DNA of 64,000 nucleotides from Phormidesmis sp. (GTDB lineage Bacteria > Cyanobacteriota > Cyanobacteriia > Leptolyngbyales > Leptolyngbyaceae). The DNA is taken from the NCBI GenBank assembly GCA_965248535.1, contig CBDFJR010000002.1, positions 1,024,001 to 1,088,000 on the forward strand. Reading direction: 5' to 3'. A program made the translations under genes and the position numbers. The first letter of the stretch is position 1; each line of letters begins with the position of its first letter. Positions 50,070-61,571 of the stretch are shown in pieces. The notes under the pieces were generated by a model. It made no database searches. It was not told where the DNA came from and was given only the letters and a program-made list of their open reading frames with translations.

Positions 50070-50885
50070 CTAGCCGATCGTGCTGCTGCGAACTATTGTA
50101 CTAAATATCCGATCGGGCAGTAGTTTTCTCAACAGCAACAGTGCTCCAGCGTTGCCTCCGGCGGGATAGCGAAGTCGCTGAGACGCATCGGTTGCTGCTC
50201 GATAAATGACGGCTGCTGTAACCTCTGGCGGTGAGCCGTTGTCGCCTGCCTGCTTGAGTTTGGGCAACACTTTGGCAACAAAGGCATCATAGGCTGTCAA
50301 ATCAGATCGGGTGGCGAGATCTGGCGATCGCCCATAAAAATCGGTCTTAATTGGCCCTGGCTCAATAATTTTGACCCGAATGTTCAATGGTTCTAATTCA
50401 TATCGCAGCGAGTCTGAAAAGCCCTCGACTGCCCACTTTGTAGAGTGATAAAGACTGTAGAGAGGAAACGCCATTTTGCCCCCCACGGAGGCGATGTTGA
50501 TAATGGTGCCCGATCGCTGATGTCGAAACTGAGGCAATAGCGATCGGGTGACTGCCATCAACCCAAAAACATTGGTGGCAAACTGTCGCTCAATCTGCTC
50601 AGGGGTGCAGGCTTCAAACGCCCCCAGCAAGGCATATCCAGCGTTGTTAACCAGCACATCGATCGTCGAAAACTTGGCGAGCGCTGCGGTCACAGCTTGA
50701 GCGATCGAGTCAGGGTCAGTGACATCTAATGACAGGCACAGCGTGTTAGCGAGTGCCATCAAATCGGAGTTTTTTTCGAGCGATCGCATCGTCGCCACCA
50801 CGTTCCAGCCCTGCTGATGAAATAGGGTTGCAGTCGCCAGCCCGATGCCCGTCGAAGCACCCGTAATCAAGACAGTTTTTGCCAT
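50070..50885 (-). CDS. SDR family oxidoreductase
   Basis: TGASTGIG, NNAG and YHSTK motifs. Confidence 0.93.
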   Translation of the reverse strand: MAKTVLITGASTGIGLATATLFHQQGWNVVATMRSLEKNSDLMALANTLCLSLDVTDPDSIAQAVTAALAKFSTIDVLVNNAGYALLGAFEACTPEQIERQFATNVFGLMAVTRSLLPQFRHQRSGTIINIASVGGKMAFPLYSLYHSTKWAVEGFSDSLRYELEPLNIRVKIIEPGPIKTDFYGRSPDLATRSDLTAYDAFVAKVLPKLKQAGDNGSPPEVTAAVIYRAATDASQRLRYPAGGNAGALLLLRKLLPDRIFSTIVRSSTIG

Positions 50886-50971
50886 TATTAGTTGTTAGAA
50901 AAAAGCTCAAACTTTGTGCTCTAGGCTTCCCACTGAGCGCGAGACTTATCGCCTCCCAACCCCACCTTAAG

Positions 50972-51769
50972 CTAAGACTTGCCCGCCATGCGATTAGTTC
51001 TAAAGGTCACGTTAGAGCCTTCTTGGGTTTGCTCTAGCACGAGCAACGGCGTTGGTTTTGCCTTTTGATCCCAGTGCATGTTAGCGATTCGTCCTTGAAT
51101 CGCGGGCTGCCAGGAGTCGTTTTCGTGAGTTGGGCTGAGAAACGTCTCAAAGCAATCAATAATCTGATTAATCGTGACAGAAGTCGGCTGAGTCGGCAGT
51201 TTAAGAATCTTGATTTGAACTCGGAATAACACGCGCTTTGAGCCTTTGTTCACTCCTTCTCCCGCGTCGTATTCTAAATCGAAGATCTCATCGACCTGCC
51301 GCCCCGTGCTGGCAATGCCCACTTCAGCTTGGTTGTTTGGGTTAGCGCGCAGTGCGAGCGTGATTTTGTCTTTAACTTTGAGTTTGATCTGGTTGACGAT
51401 CGCAAAGTGAAACACCTCTTCTGCCATTCGCATTCTCAGATAGTCGAGGTTAAACTCACGCGAGTGGATCAGATCGGGGTTGCGCTCCATTTTGCCGATC
51501 ATTTCAACGGCATATTTAAGCTTCTTTTGCAGTTCGCGATTTTTAAATGTCTCAAATCGCACTTGTTTTTTGAGTTTGCTGGCTTGCAGGGTTGAAAAGA
51601 TGCCCAAGAAAACGAGCAAAAAGAACAAGCCGCCTGAGCTTGCCATCCAAATCTGTTGCCCGGTGTCAGAGGTGGGAGGGGCGCTAACGGGAGCCTCTGG
51701 TTTGGTTTTGACGGTTTTGGGCGAGGCTTGAGCAAGCCAGGGTGCAACAAAAACAATTTGGAGTGACAT
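50972..51769 (-). CDS. Hypothetical membrane-anchored protein
   Basis: 265-aa ORF with one TM segment followed by a coiled-coil-like region. Confidence 0.8.
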   Translation of the reverse strand: MSLQIVFVAPWLAQASPKTVKTKPEAPVSAPPTSDTGQQIWMASSGGLFFLLVFLGIFSTLQASKLKKQVRFETFKNRELQKKLKYAVEMIGKMERNPDLIHSREFNLDYLRMRMAEEVFHFAIVNQIKLKVKDKITLALRANPNNQAEVGIASTGRQVDEIFDLEYDAGEGVNKGSKRVLFRVQIKILKLPTQPTSVTINQIIDCFETFLSPTHENDSWQPAIQGRIANMHWDQKAKPTPLLVLEQTQEGSNVTFRTNRMAGKS

Positions 51770-51857
51770 AGTTAGGAGTGCTGGCTAGAACTTGACTCGT
51801 TCTTCATAATGCCCTTGATTGACCTCCTCAGCACCAATCTCTTTACTTGCTTTATTC

Positions 51858-52628
51858 ATGTTTTTGATACCCCTTGCTCAAGCTGACCCGTTTCACAAAA
51901 TCCGACTGATCGCAACCGACATGGACGGAACTCTGACGATCGCCGAAAAATTTACGCCCAATCTCTTCAAAGCTTTTGAGACGCTGACCGCCCAAGGCCT
52001 TCAAATCGTGGTCACCACCGGACGATCGGCGGGTTGGGTGAATGGATTGGCGCATTATCTGCCCGTGGTGGGCGCGATCGCTGAAAATGGCGGCGTGTTT
52101 TATCGGGGTGAGTCGGAAATTTTGCTGACGGCGATCGCCGATCTCACCCAGCATCGGCAGCAGTTAGCCGACTCGTTTGCCCGCTTAAAAACTCAGTTTC
52201 CTCACCTTCGAGAGTCGAGCGATAATCGCTTTCGGCTCACCGATTGGACGTTTGATGTTGAAGGATTGAGCCTAGAAGCCTTGACGACGATCGCTCAACT
52301 CTGCGAGTCTTGGGGCTGGAGTTTTACCTACAGCACGGTGCAGTGTCACATTAAACCGCTTCAACAAAATAAAGCAACAGGATTGCTCAAAGCTTTAAAG
52401 GATTATTTTCCCGACTATTCTTCTGAGCAAGTTCTCACGGTGGGCGACAGTCCAAACGATGAGAGTTTGTTTGATGCGAGTCTATTTCCTAGCTCGGTGG
52501 GGGTGGCGAATATTTTGAATTATAGCGATCGGCTTTTGCACAAACCTGCTTATGTGACGGCTGCCTCAGAAGGCGAGGGCTTTTGTGAATTGGTGGCCGC
52601 GATCGTCCACAGCCAATCACATTCCTGA
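51858..52628 (+). CDS. HAD-superfamily hydrolase (subfamily IIB)
   Basis: DMDGT, TGR and GDSPND motifs. Confidence 0.9.
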   Translation: MFLIPLAQADPFHKIRLIATDMDGTLTIAEKFTPNLFKAFETLTAQGLQIVVTTGRSAGWVNGLAHYLPVVGAIAENGGVFYRGESEILLTAIADLTQHRQQLADSFARLKTQFPHLRESSDNRFRLTDWTFDVEGLSLEALTTIAQLCESWGWSFTYSTVQCHIKPLQQNKATGLLKALKDYFPDYSSEQVLTVGDSPNDESLFDASLFPSSVGVANILNYSDRLLHKPAYVTAASEGEGFCELVAAIVHSQSHS

Positions 52629-52714
52629 AACACTTTCTCCGTTGCCTGCGTTGACGTTCTAAAATATCACTCTGGATTGACACAAACTAGCCGATTCGTC
52701 AGTGAGAACAGAGA

Positions 52715-54400
52715 ATGCCGGACAATCTTAAAAGCCAAGTTGTAACGCAGGGAGTGCAGCGATCGCCCAATCGTGCCATGCTGCGGGCCGTCGGGTTTGG
52801 AGACAGTGACTTCACTAAGCCGATCGTCGGAGTTGCCAACGGGCACAGCACGATTACGCCCTGCAATATGGGCATCGATCCCCTAGCAAAACGCGCCGAA
52901 GCGGGGATTCGAGCAGCAGGCGCAATGCCCCAAATGTTTGGCACGATCACGATCAGTGACGGCATCTCCATGGGTACCGAGGGCATGAAATATTCCCTAG
53001 TATCGCGAGAGGTGATTGCCGACTCGATCGAGACGGCCTGCATGGGTCAAAGCATGGATGGCGTGATCGCGATCGGCGGCTGCGATAAAAATATGCCCGC
53101 AGCCGTGATTGCCATGGCGCGGATCAACATTCCCGCGATTTTTGTCTATGGCGGCACGATCAAACCCGGACATCTGGATGGCAAAGATCTGACCGTGGTT
53201 AGCTCGTTTGAAGCAGTTGGCGAATATAGCGCTGGCAAGATCAGCGAAGAGCAACTGTTAGCTGTTGAGCGCAAAGCCTGCCCCGGCGCGGGTGCCTGCG
53301 GCGGAATGTATACGGCGAATACGATGTCTTCAGCGATCGAGGCGATGGGCCTGAGCTTGATGTATTCCTCCACCATGGCGGCAGAAGACGCTGAGAAAGC
53401 CGATAGCGCTGAGAAGTCGGCGGCCGTCTTAGTTGAGGCGATTCGCCACCAGATTTTGCCCCGCGACATCATCACCCGCCAGTCGATCGAGAACGCGATC
53501 GCGGTGATCATGGCGGTGGGCGGCTCGACGAATGCGGTGCTGCACTTTTTGGCGATCGCGCACACGGCTGGCGTTGAGTTGACGATCGATGATTTTGAAA
53601 CAATCCGGGCCCGCGTTCCGGTTCTGTGCGATCTCAAGCCCTCTGGTCGCTATGTGGCCACCGACTTGCACAAAGCAGGCGGCATTCCGCAAGTGATGAA
53701 AATGCTGCTGGTGCACGGATTGATCCACGGCGACGCACTGACGATTACCGGACAAACGGTTGCAGAACTGCTCCAAGACATTCCCGATCAGCCCCGCCCT
53801 GATCAAGACGTGATTCGCTCCTGGGACAACCCCATGTATGCTCAGGGGCACTTGGCCATTCTCAAAGGCAATCTCGCCACCGAGGGAGCCGTCGCCAAAA
53901 TTACGGGCATTAAAAAAGCTCAAATCACGGGTTCTGCGCGGGTGTTTGAATCTGAAGAAGCCTGCCTAGACGCAATTCTGGCTAAAAAAGTCAGCGCTGG
54001 CGATGTGCTGGTGATTCGCTATGAAGGGCCCAAAGGCGGGCCGGGAATGCGAGAAATGTTGGCTCCGACTTCGGCGATTATCGGCGCAGGGTTGGGCGAC
54101 ACCGTGGGGCTGATCACCGACGGTCGATTCTCTGGCGGCACCTATGGCATGGTGGTTGGTCACGTTGCGCCCGAAGCTTATGTCGGCGGCACGATCGCCC
54201 TAGTGCAAGAGGGCGACTCGATCACGATCGATGCCCCTGCCCGCCTGCTGCAACTCAACGTCTCTGACGACGAACTAGAGCGTCGCCGCGCCCAGTGGCA
54301 ACCTCCCGCACCTCGCTACACCAGAGGCGTATTAGCCAAATATGCCAAATTGGTGTCTTCGAGCAGTTTGGGAGCCGTCACCGACCAAGGTCTAGATTAA
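52715..54400 (+). CDS. ilvD: Dihydroxy-acid dehydratase
   Basis: [22 protein letters not shown] and TDGRFSG motifs. Confidence 0.97.
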   Translation: MPDNLKSQVVTQGVQRSPNRAMLRAVGFGDSDFTKPIVGVANGHSTITPCNMGIDPLAKRAEAGIRAAGAMPQMFGTITISDGISMGTEGMKYSLVSREVIADSIETACMGQSMDGVIAIGGCDKNMPAAVIAMARINIPAIFVYGGTIKPGHLDGKDLTVVSSFEAVGEYSAGKISEEQLLAVERKACPGAGACGGMYTANTMSSAIEAMGLSLMYSSTMAAEDAEKADSAEKSAAVLVEAIRHQILPRDIITRQSIENAIAVIMAVGGSTNAVLHFLAIAHTAGVELTIDDFETIRARVPVLCDLKPSGRYVATDLHKAGGIPQVMKMLLVHGLIHGDALTITGQTVAELLQDIPDQPRPDQDVIRSWDNPMYAQGHLAILKGNLATEGAVAKITGIKKAQITGSARVFESEEACLDAILAKKVSAGDVLVIRYEGPKGGPGMREMLAPTSAIIGAGLGDTVGLITDGRFSGGTYGMVVGHVAPEAYVGGTIALVQEGDSITIDAPARLLQLNVSDDELERRRAQWQPPAPRYTRGVLAKYAKLVSSSSLGAVTDQGLD

Positions 54401-54419
54401 TCCCAGACACGTCAACCCC

Positions 54420-54446
54420 GTGGGGCACAACACATTGTGCCCCCAC
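54420..54446. repeat. REP-like palindrome / terminator after ilvD
   Basis: GTGGGGCACAA-CACA-TTGTGCCCCCAC. Confidence 0.6.
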
Positions 54447-54546
54447 CGCCTAACCGAGATTCAGTTAACTATCTTTAACCCGATCGAGCAGCACGTCACA
54501 ATTCCCTAATAATTGATCTAGAGACCTTAAGCAGCGATCGTGACCC

Positions 54547-55011
54547 ATGCCCAAAACTGTTGCGGATGTGATGACGCGTGACCCCTTCACAGTGCGTCCT
54601 GAAACCTCGATCACAGAAGTCATTCAAACAATCGCAGCGCATAAAGTTAGTGGGTTGCCCGTCGTCGATGAGACTGGCAAGCTAGTCGGCATTATTTCTG
54701 AGACCGATCTGATGTGGCAGGAAACAGGTGTTACGCCGCCCGCCTACATTATGATTCTCGACAGCGTGATTTATCTTGAAAACCCGACTCGCTATCAGAA
54801 AGATCTGCACAAAGCCCTAGGGCAAACCGTGGCTGAGGTCATGTCTCGCGATCCGATCACGACCACTGCCGACAAACCGCTACCCGATGCCGCCAGAGTG
54901 ATGCACGATCGCAACATTCGCCGTTTGCCTGTCTTAGACAGCACCGGGCATGTGGTCGGAATTCTCACCCGTGGCGATATTGTGAGGGCCATGGCAGCCG
55001 AGCAAGCCTGA
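54547..55011 (+). CDS. CBS domain protein
   Basis: Two CBS repeats (SGLPVVD...GIISE; RRLPV...GILTRGD). Confidence 0.92.
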   Translation: MPKTVADVMTRDPFTVRPETSITEVIQTIAAHKVSGLPVVDETGKLVGIISETDLMWQETGVTPPAYIMILDSVIYLENPTRYQKDLHKALGQTVAEVMSRDPITTTADKPLPDAARVMHDRNIRRLPVLDSTGHVVGILTRGDIVRAMAAEQA

Positions 55012-55043
55012 AATTTTAACCTCCATATTTTTCTTAATTTAAG

Positions 55044-55709
55044 ATGACTATTACTCCTGATTCAGTCAAAGCCTCTCTCGAATCCGCCGATTTTGGTGAG
55101 CGACTGCGGGCAATTAATCACTTGCGGCAACTTGATCCCGCGATCGCGTTTGATCTGATCAAAGCGCCCGTGGTCGATAGCAATGTGCGGGTGCGCTATG
55201 CGGCGGTCAGTCAACTGTCGTCTCTGGGGCGACAAAACCTAGCAGAATCTCTGAAGATATTGAGAGCCGGGTTGCTCGACCCCGAACCCGATGTGCAGGC
55301 AGCAGCAGCCGACTCGATCGGGGCATTAAAACTCACCGAAGCCTTTGATGACCTAGAAGCGCTCTATCGCCGCACCCCTGAGTGGTTGGTCAGCTTTAGC
55401 ATTGTGGCGGCGCTGGGTGAGTTGGGCAATCTGCGGGCCTTTGAGTTGTTGAAAGAAGCGTTAGCGGCCGATAACGACTTGCTAAAAACGGCAGCCATTG
55501 GCTCTCTTGGAGAACTGGGCGACGTTCGCGCTGTGGAGATCATCGTTCCCTATATCACCAACCCAGATTGGCAGATTCGCTATCGAGTCGTGCAGGCTTT
55601 GGGCGCATTGAACACACCAGAGGCGCGATCGGCCCTAGAGACTCTGACCACCGATGACACTGAGCAAGTTGCTCAACAAGCCAAAAACTGTCTAGAAGCG
55701 GCTATCTAG
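55044..55709 (+). CDS. nblB: HEAT-repeat (PBS lyase-like) protein, NblB-like
   Basis: HEAT repeats VRYAAV, VQAAAADSIG, ALGELG and IRYRVVQALG; follows the CBS gene. Confidence 0.75.
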   Translation: MTITPDSVKASLESADFGERLRAINHLRQLDPAIAFDLIKAPVVDSNVRVRYAAVSQLSSLGRQNLAESLKILRAGLLDPEPDVQAAAADSIGALKLTEAFDDLEALYRRTPEWLVSFSIVAALGELGNLRAFELLKEALAADNDLLKTAAIGSLGELGDVRAVEIIVPYITNPDWQIRYRVVQALGALNTPEARSALETLTTDDTEQVAQQAKNCLEAAI

Positions 55710-56655
55710 AGCTAGCCCGATCGTGGTGAGGCTCGGCTTTGCGATCAGCGGTTAACCCCGTCCAACCTGTGAGACTTTGCAGATAGAGACTGCCCACGGT
55801 GACTAGGAAAAGGACATAAGCGATCGCTTCTACCCAATACAGTCGATCGACATACCCAAACAAAGTGTGCAAAATAATGCCGGGAAACTGACGATCGGGC
55901 AACACTCCATGCAGATTCCAAACGAGAGAACCAAGAAAACAGGAGGCTTGAGAAACGCAGACCGACGCGTAGTGGGAATCGAGCTGTGCCAACATTGCAA
56001 ACCCTTTGTCAAAATGCGCTAGGGCTGAAACTACCAATCCAGCCACGATCAGCAACAAGAAAACGCCCATCACCTGAAAAAACACTCGCAGGTTAATCTT
56101 GACTCCCCATTTGAAGAGCAGGACTCCGATCGCCGTTGCCATGATCAAACCCGCCACTGCCCCCAACGCCGGAACCCAACCCTGCTGAAACTTGGCGGCG
56201 ATAAACACCACGGTTTCAAATCCTTCTCGCAGCACGGCAATAAAGATTAGCCAAAAAATTCCCCATCCCTCCCCAGAGTCTGCTTTGAGAGCACTGCTGA
56301 TCTCGGTTTCGACCTGAGATTTGAGCGATTTTGCCTGTCGCGTCATCCAGACGAGCATCCAACTTAATAGGGCGATCGCAACCAGCCCAAACACTCCTTC
56401 TAAAAGCGGCTTTAGAACGGGAGCATAGGGTTGATCAGACCTCTCTAATGCCTGAATTGTCCATCCGAATAGAAACCCGACTAAAACACTAGACAAAACG
56501 CCTGTTCCGATGCCGCTATAAACCCAGGGATTGAGGGAAGATTGACCTGCTTTTTTGAGATAGGCCATCACGATTCCTACGACGAGGGCGGCTTCGACCC
56601 CTTCGCGCAGGGTGATCACAAACGTTGGAATGGCAGCACTAAAATCGATGGGCAT
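55702..56655 (-). CDS. FTR1/EfeU family iron permease
   Basis: Two RExxE motifs (REGVE, REGFE). Confidence 0.92.
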   Translation of the reverse strand: MPIDFSAAIPTFVITLREGVEAALVVGIVMAYLKKAGQSSLNPWVYSGIGTGVLSSVLVGFLFGWTIQALERSDQPYAPVLKPLLEGVFGLVAIALLSWMLVWMTRQAKSLKSQVETEISSALKADSGEGWGIFWLIFIAVLREGFETVVFIAAKFQQGWVPALGAVAGLIMATAIGVLLFKWGVKINLRVFFQVMGVFLLLIVAGLVVSALAHFDKGFAMLAQLDSHYASVCVSQASCFLGSLVWNLHGVLPDRQFPGIILHTLFGYVDRLYWVEAIAYVLFLVTVGSLYLQSLTGWTGLTADRKAEPHHDRASSR

Positions 56656-56779
56656 AGATTGGGGTTCTAACGTTGACAACCTCCTATAAAGCTAGCAACA
56701 AACTCGGTTTATAGGGTTGGGATTTGAGCTAGTGGGTTTGGTTGGCGATCGTGCTGAAAATTGCGTGGACTCTGGCGGA

Positions 56780-56804
56780 GGGCACGGCAATGCCGTGCCC
56801 CCAC
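56780..56804. repeat. REP-like palindrome, same family as the 24909 and 25585 copies
   Basis: GGGCACGGCAATGCCGTGCCCCCAC. Confidence 0.75.
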
Positions 56805-56816
56805 GAGGGTGCTCGG

Positions 56817-58304
56817 TTAGGGTTGTGACGGTTGCGGAACCCACACCGACACCGACCCACCATTGCATCGAAACTCGCCCCACCCGTGCTCATTGGTGAC
56901 AACAGGTTCGCTAATGTGTTCAGTGAGGTCGATATAGGTGCAATTGGGGTGCCCGACTTCCATCGATTTCCACCCTTCAGAGCCATTGCTCAACACCACT
57001 GCCATGCCCCCCGGATGGTCGGCATCACCCAAGCGCGTCCACCCGATCGTGTTGGGGTGATCAAAATAATTGTATTGATCTCCATAAGCGTAGGTCTGAC
57101 GCGCAAATAAGAATTTGTCAATTAGCCAGCGATGGCTATCCATCCAAATTTCATATTCATTGCCATCATTGCCATGATCGCGATAGTGTGCGCCGTAGTA
57201 ATCGCCATAGAAAATGCAGGGATATCCTTCACGACGCAGCAAAATCAGCGCATAGGCCAACGGCTTAAACCAAGATTCCACGATCGATTCCAAAGACTGC
57301 AACGGCTGAGAATCGTGGTTTTCGACCAGCGTCACCGCCAGACACGGCTGCTGTTGAACGAGGGTGTTGTCAAAAATTTGCCGCATATCATAGCCGCTGC
57401 CGCCAACGCTAGCCGCATGAAAATTGTAGTGGAGCGGCGCATCAAATAGCGCTACTTTTCCCTGCGTTACATCAATGAAATGGTGCAAGGCTTCGACTTC
57501 ATAAGACCAATATTCACCCACGGCAAACAGGTCGCGCTGCACATAGTTGCGAACGTGCTCAAACCAATCTTGAAAGAATTCTGCCGAGACGTGTTTGACG
57601 GCATCAAATCGAAATCCATCCACCTTAGTCGTGTCTAGATACCATTCACCCCAATACTTGAGTTCTCCTCTCACTTCCGGGTGCTGAATATCGAGATCGC
57701 AGCCCATCAGATAGTCATAGCCGCCTTTCTCTTCGTCCACGTTGTCATCAAACTGCTTACCTTCGAGCAGATAAATGGCATTTTCGTCTTGGTGATAGGC
57801 GTTGTAGTCGATCGCGTCAAAGTGCCACCAATGCCACTGCATACTAGAGTATTTTTCGCCACGACCCGGAAAGGTGAAGTGCGTCCAGGATTTGATCGGC
57901 TGATAGTCACCGACGACAGCGTGGCGATTTTCAGGATCAAACGGTGTTGCGGCCACTTCTTCTTCTGCGTCTGCCCCCATTTTGTGATTGAACACGACAT
58001 CCGCATAGATTCGCAGCCCGGCACTCTGGGCGGTCTCAATGGCGTTTAGATACTCACTCTTCGTTCCATATTTGGTGCGAACTGAACCCTTTTGGTCAAA
58101 CTCGCCCAGATCAAACAGGTCATAGATGCCATAACCCACATCATATCCACCACCCGTGCCCTTGTAGGCAGGAGGCAGCCAGAGCGCTGTGATTCCAGCC
58201 TTCGATAACTCTTCAGCCTTCTCTGCAAGCTGATTCCACAAGCTACCATCACTGGGGATATACCAGTGAAAGTATTGCATCATGACACCATTCGGTTCAG
58301 ACAT
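56817..58304 (-). CDS. amyA: Cytoplasmic alpha-amylase (GH13)
   Basis: MMQYFHW, DVVFNH, GFRFDAVKH, GEYW and VENHDSQP motifs. Confidence 0.93.
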   Translation of the reverse strand: MSEPNGVMMQYFHWYIPSDGSLWNQLAEKAEELSKAGITALWLPPAYKGTGGGYDVGYGIYDLFDLGEFDQKGSVRTKYGTKSEYLNAIETAQSAGLRIYADVVFNHKMGADAEEEVAATPFDPENRHAVVGDYQPIKSWTHFTFPGRGEKYSSMQWHWWHFDAIDYNAYHQDENAIYLLEGKQFDDNVDEEKGGYDYLMGCDLDIQHPEVRGELKYWGEWYLDTTKVDGFRFDAVKHVSAEFFQDWFEHVRNYVQRDLFAVGEYWSYEVEALHHFIDVTQGKVALFDAPLHYNFHAASVGGSGYDMRQIFDNTLVQQQPCLAVTLVENHDSQPLQSLESIVESWFKPLAYALILLRREGYPCIFYGDYYGAHYRDHGNDGNEYEIWMDSHRWLIDKFLFARQTYAYGDQYNYFDHPNTIGWTRLGDADHPGGMAVVLSNGSEGWKSMEVGHPNCTYIDLTEHISEPVVTNEHGWGEFRCNGGSVSVWVPQPSQP

Positions 58305-58766
58305 AAAGCGCCCTCGGTTAGAAAGTTACAGGTATGAATTTTTCGAGCTTGAACAGTGCCGGGCGATCATCCAGCAACGTCTTACTACAAAGTGCCCTTA
58401 AAAAGATGGAAATTAGAGTGGTCTGAACATCCTGAAAGCTGCCACCCATCAGGAAATATGGATTCGTCGTTTCCCTATAGCTAAAGGATTTTAGGGGGTT
58501 GAGCTAAGTTTATCTATCTGTCTAGAGAGAAGTTTCAGCAGGGCTTTGTGGGGGCAAGTCACACACTTTTAGCATTTTCATCGATCCTTGGCTAGACTTG
58601 ATATCGTTCGTTAGACAGAGATGATTTGAGAGAGCGTTAACAGATCATCTCTCTAAAGCCGTAGATTTTTTGAGACGGGTTCACCGCGATCGCTGGTCAT
58701 CGTGACCCACGCGAAGTTTAGTGCGATCGCCTATAATTTTGGGCATCCATTGTTCCTTCGCTGCCC

Positions 58767-59588
58767 ATGACCGATGCTTATTCTCAACCTAGTCGCGAAT
58801 GGTGGGCACAGCGCTGGGTCGATGTCTTAGAGTCATTTGGCTGGACTCGACGCTTGGCCCGGGCCCGCACCTATGCCAGAGAAGGAAACGTCTTAACGAT
58901 CGATTTTCAAGGCGCTAAAGTCTCTGCCAACGTTCAAGGAACGGCTCCCGAACCCTATAAAGTGTCGTTGTCTCTCGACCCGTTTAGCGACGATCAGTGG
59001 GGCTATGTGATTGAGTCAATGGCAGAGCGAGCCATCTTTTCGGCTAAACTGCTGGCTGGAGAGATGCCCCAAACCATTGAAGAAGTGTTTACTGCCAATG
59101 GGTTGAGCCTATTTCCGTTTAATAAGTTTGACATTCACAGCCGCTGTTCTTGCCCCGACCCGGCAACCCCTTGCAAACATATTGGGGCGGTTTACTATTT
59201 GTTGGGCGATCGCTTCAGTGAAGACCCGTTTGTGTTGTTTCAACTGCGGGGGCGCACCAAAGAGCAAATTATCGAAGCGTTGCGGCAAACGCGCAGCGCG
59301 GGCGGCGACACTCCAGACGTAGGAGTCTCGATCGTGCCGGAGACTGTTCAAACAATTCGCCCTGCTACAGCCCTGAAGCTCGATCGCTTCTGGCACTATG
59401 CCGAACAACTCGAACCGACGCTGATCGTGATCGTTCCGCCGCCCAGCAGTGAGACGGTTTTAGAGGTGCTGGGCCCGATTCCGCTTAAGCCCGAAACCCC
59501 TGCTAATCAAGCCGCGATGGAGTATCTCGACGCGATCTATCAAGAAGTCAGTCAGCAAGCCGTTCAGAGGGCGATGACCACTGAATAG
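58767..59588 (+). CDS. SWIM zinc finger protein
   Basis: CSCPD...CKH and DPFVLFQLRG motifs. Confidence 0.92.
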   Translation: MTDAYSQPSREWWAQRWVDVLESFGWTRRLARARTYAREGNVLTIDFQGAKVSANVQGTAPEPYKVSLSLDPFSDDQWGYVIESMAERAIFSAKLLAGEMPQTIEEVFTANGLSLFPFNKFDIHSRCSCPDPATPCKHIGAVYYLLGDRFSEDPFVLFQLRGRTKEQIIEALRQTRSAGGDTPDVGVSIVPETVQTIRPATALKLDRFWHYAEQLEPTLIVIVPPPSSETVLEVLGPIPLKPETPANQAAMEYLDAIYQEVSQQAVQRAMTTE

Positions 59589-59667
59589 TGGGGTTGATTT
59601 TTTTCAATTGATCCCTCAAAGCCGTAGACTAAAGGATGCAATTCATCCTGTTTGAAGCTGAATACCC

Positions 59668-60393
59668 GTGCGAAAAATTGTTATTGCTGGCAACTGGAAG
59701 ATGTATAAAACCCAGGCAGAAGCCATGGAGTTTTTGCAAGGCTTTAAGTCTGAGCTAGACAACACCCCCGACGATCGAGAGATTATTCTGTGTGTTCCGT
59801 TTACTGATTTAGATCTTTTGTCTAAAACTCTGCACGGCAGCCGCATTCAAATTGGCGCTCAAAATGTCCACTGGGAGACATCAGGGGCCTACACGGGCGA
59901 AATCGCTGCCCCAATGCTGATGGAAGCAGGGGTGCGCTATGTGGTCATTGGTCACAGTGAGCGCAGACAATATTTTGGCGAAACGGATGAAACGGTGAAT
60001 TTGAGGCTGAAAGCGGCTCAAAAAGCAGGGCTGACTCCGATTTTGTGCGTTGGCGAAACCAAACAACAGCGCGACGCTGGAGAAATCGAGTCTCATATCT
60101 TTAGTCAGCTTGCAAAGGGTTTGGTAGACATCGATCAAGCCAGGTTGGTGATTGCCTATGAGCCAATTTGGGCGATCGGGACGGGCGACACCTGTGCGTC
60201 AACCGAGGCGAATCGGGTGATCGGCTTGATTCGCAGCAAACTCAGCAATTCTAATGTCCCGATTCAGTATGGCGGGTCAGTCAAGCCAGACAACATTGAT
60301 GAGATTATGGCTCAACCTGAGATTGATGGGGCCTTGGTCGGCGGTGCCAGTTTAGAGGCAACCAGCTTTGCGCGGATCGTCAATTTTCAGTAG
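59668..60393 (+). CDS. tpiA: Triose-phosphate isomerase
   Basis: [23 protein letters not shown] and LVGGASL motifs. Confidence 0.98.
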   Translation: MRKIVIAGNWKMYKTQAEAMEFLQGFKSELDNTPDDREIILCVPFTDLDLLSKTLHGSRIQIGAQNVHWETSGAYTGEIAAPMLMEAGVRYVVIGHSERRQYFGETDETVNLRLKAAQKAGLTPILCVGETKQQRDAGEIESHIFSQLAKGLVDIDQARLVIAYEPIWAIGTGDTCASTEANRVIGLIRSKLSNSNVPIQYGGSVKPDNIDEIMAQPEIDGALVGGASLEATSFARIVNFQ

Positions 60394-61472
60394 GACGCTA
60401 GGGCTGGGTCGTCTCCGATCTTTTTGCCCTTGAGCCAATAAGTCACCATCTTGCCTTTGCCTTTAACGTCGATCGGGCCGCGTTCTTCAAACCAGTAGCG
60501 ATCGCGCAGTCGCTCATAGGTTGAAGCGGTGACTTGAATGCAGCCTGCAATGCCGTGAGACTCCATGCGGCTAGCCATATTCACTGTGTCGCCCCACAGG
60601 TCGTAAGTAAATTTGTGGGTGCCAATCACCCCTGCCACCACTGGGCCTGTGCTGACCCCGATTCGCATGATGAAGGCTTCACCCGTCTCTTGGTTGAACT
60701 GGCTGATCGCTGTCTGCATGTTTAGCGCCATCGCCGCGATCGCGTTGGCATGATCAGGGTTGGGCATCGGCAGCCCCCCCACCACCATATAGGCATCTCC
60801 AATCGTCTTAATCTTTTCTAAACCGTGCTGGTAGGTAAGCCGATCAAAGGCCGAAAAGATTTTGTTGAGCAGCGTCACAATCTCGATCGGGGATTTTTGA
60901 GTCGATAAGTGAGTAAACCCCACAATGTCGGCAAACAAAACCGTGGCTTCAGGAAAGCTCTCGGCGATCGTGCTGGAATTTTGCTTAAGCTGATCAGCCA
61001 CGGGCTTCGGTAAAATATTGAGCAAAAGCCGCTCTGACTTTTCTTGCTCTATCTGAAGCTCTTTTAAGAAGGCTTGCTCACGATCGCGCAATCGCTTTTT
61101 TTCAAGACTGGCCTCGGTGCGGGCTTTGAGAAGGGTGGGGTTAAAGGGCTTGAAAAGATAGTCTTCGGCCCCAAGCTCAATGCAGCGCACAACGCTGTCG
61201 ATGTCATTTAACGCCGAAATCATGATCACCGGAATGTGGCGCAAAGCCGGATCTGCCTTGAGATGCTCTAACACCTCATAGCCCGTCATAAAAGGCATCA
61301 TGATGTCAAGCAACACTAAATCTACAGGCTGCTCTCCGAGCAATTCCAGCGCTTGTCGCCCATTTTCCGCCATGACGATGCGGTGTCCTTGACGCTGAAG
61401 ACGACGAGCGAGCAGGTCGCGGTTAGTTTCAATATCATCCACAATCAGCACAATTCCCGGTTCGTCGCTCAT
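60387..61472 (-). CDS. Response regulator receiver fused to a class III adenylate/guanylate cyclase
   Basis: REC motifs (VDD, LLDIMMP, KP) plus [15 protein letters not shown] and [16 protein letters not shown]. Confidence 0.93.
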   Translation of the reverse strand: MSDEPGIVLIVDDIETNRDLLARRLQRQGHRIVMAENGRQALELLGEQPVDLVLLDIMMPFMTGYEVLEHLKADPALRHIPVIMISALNDIDSVVRCIELGAEDYLFKPFNPTLLKARTEASLEKKRLRDREQAFLKELQIEQEKSERLLLNILPKPVADQLKQNSSTIAESFPEATVLFADIVGFTHLSTQKSPIEIVTLLNKIFSAFDRLTYQHGLEKIKTIGDAYMVVGGLPMPNPDHANAIAAMALNMQTAISQFNQETGEAFIMRIGVSTGPVVAGVIGTHKFTYDLWGDTVNMASRMESHGIAGCIQVTASTYERLRDRYWFEERGPIDVKGKGKMVTYWLKGKKIGDDPALASY

Positions 61473-61571
61473 CTAATCGCCTCGTTTAGCCAGAGTTGCC
61501 TAGAGATTGCCAATAAAAGTTGTCGTTTAAATAACAGGTCACTTAGCAGTATTCTAGAAGTTATTTCCCAG

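Noticed and set aside
58603..58716. Glutamine (glnA) riboswitch, suggested by the ATCGTTC start
   Set aside because: It lacks the CGGAAGTA junction and the closing GAACG strand.
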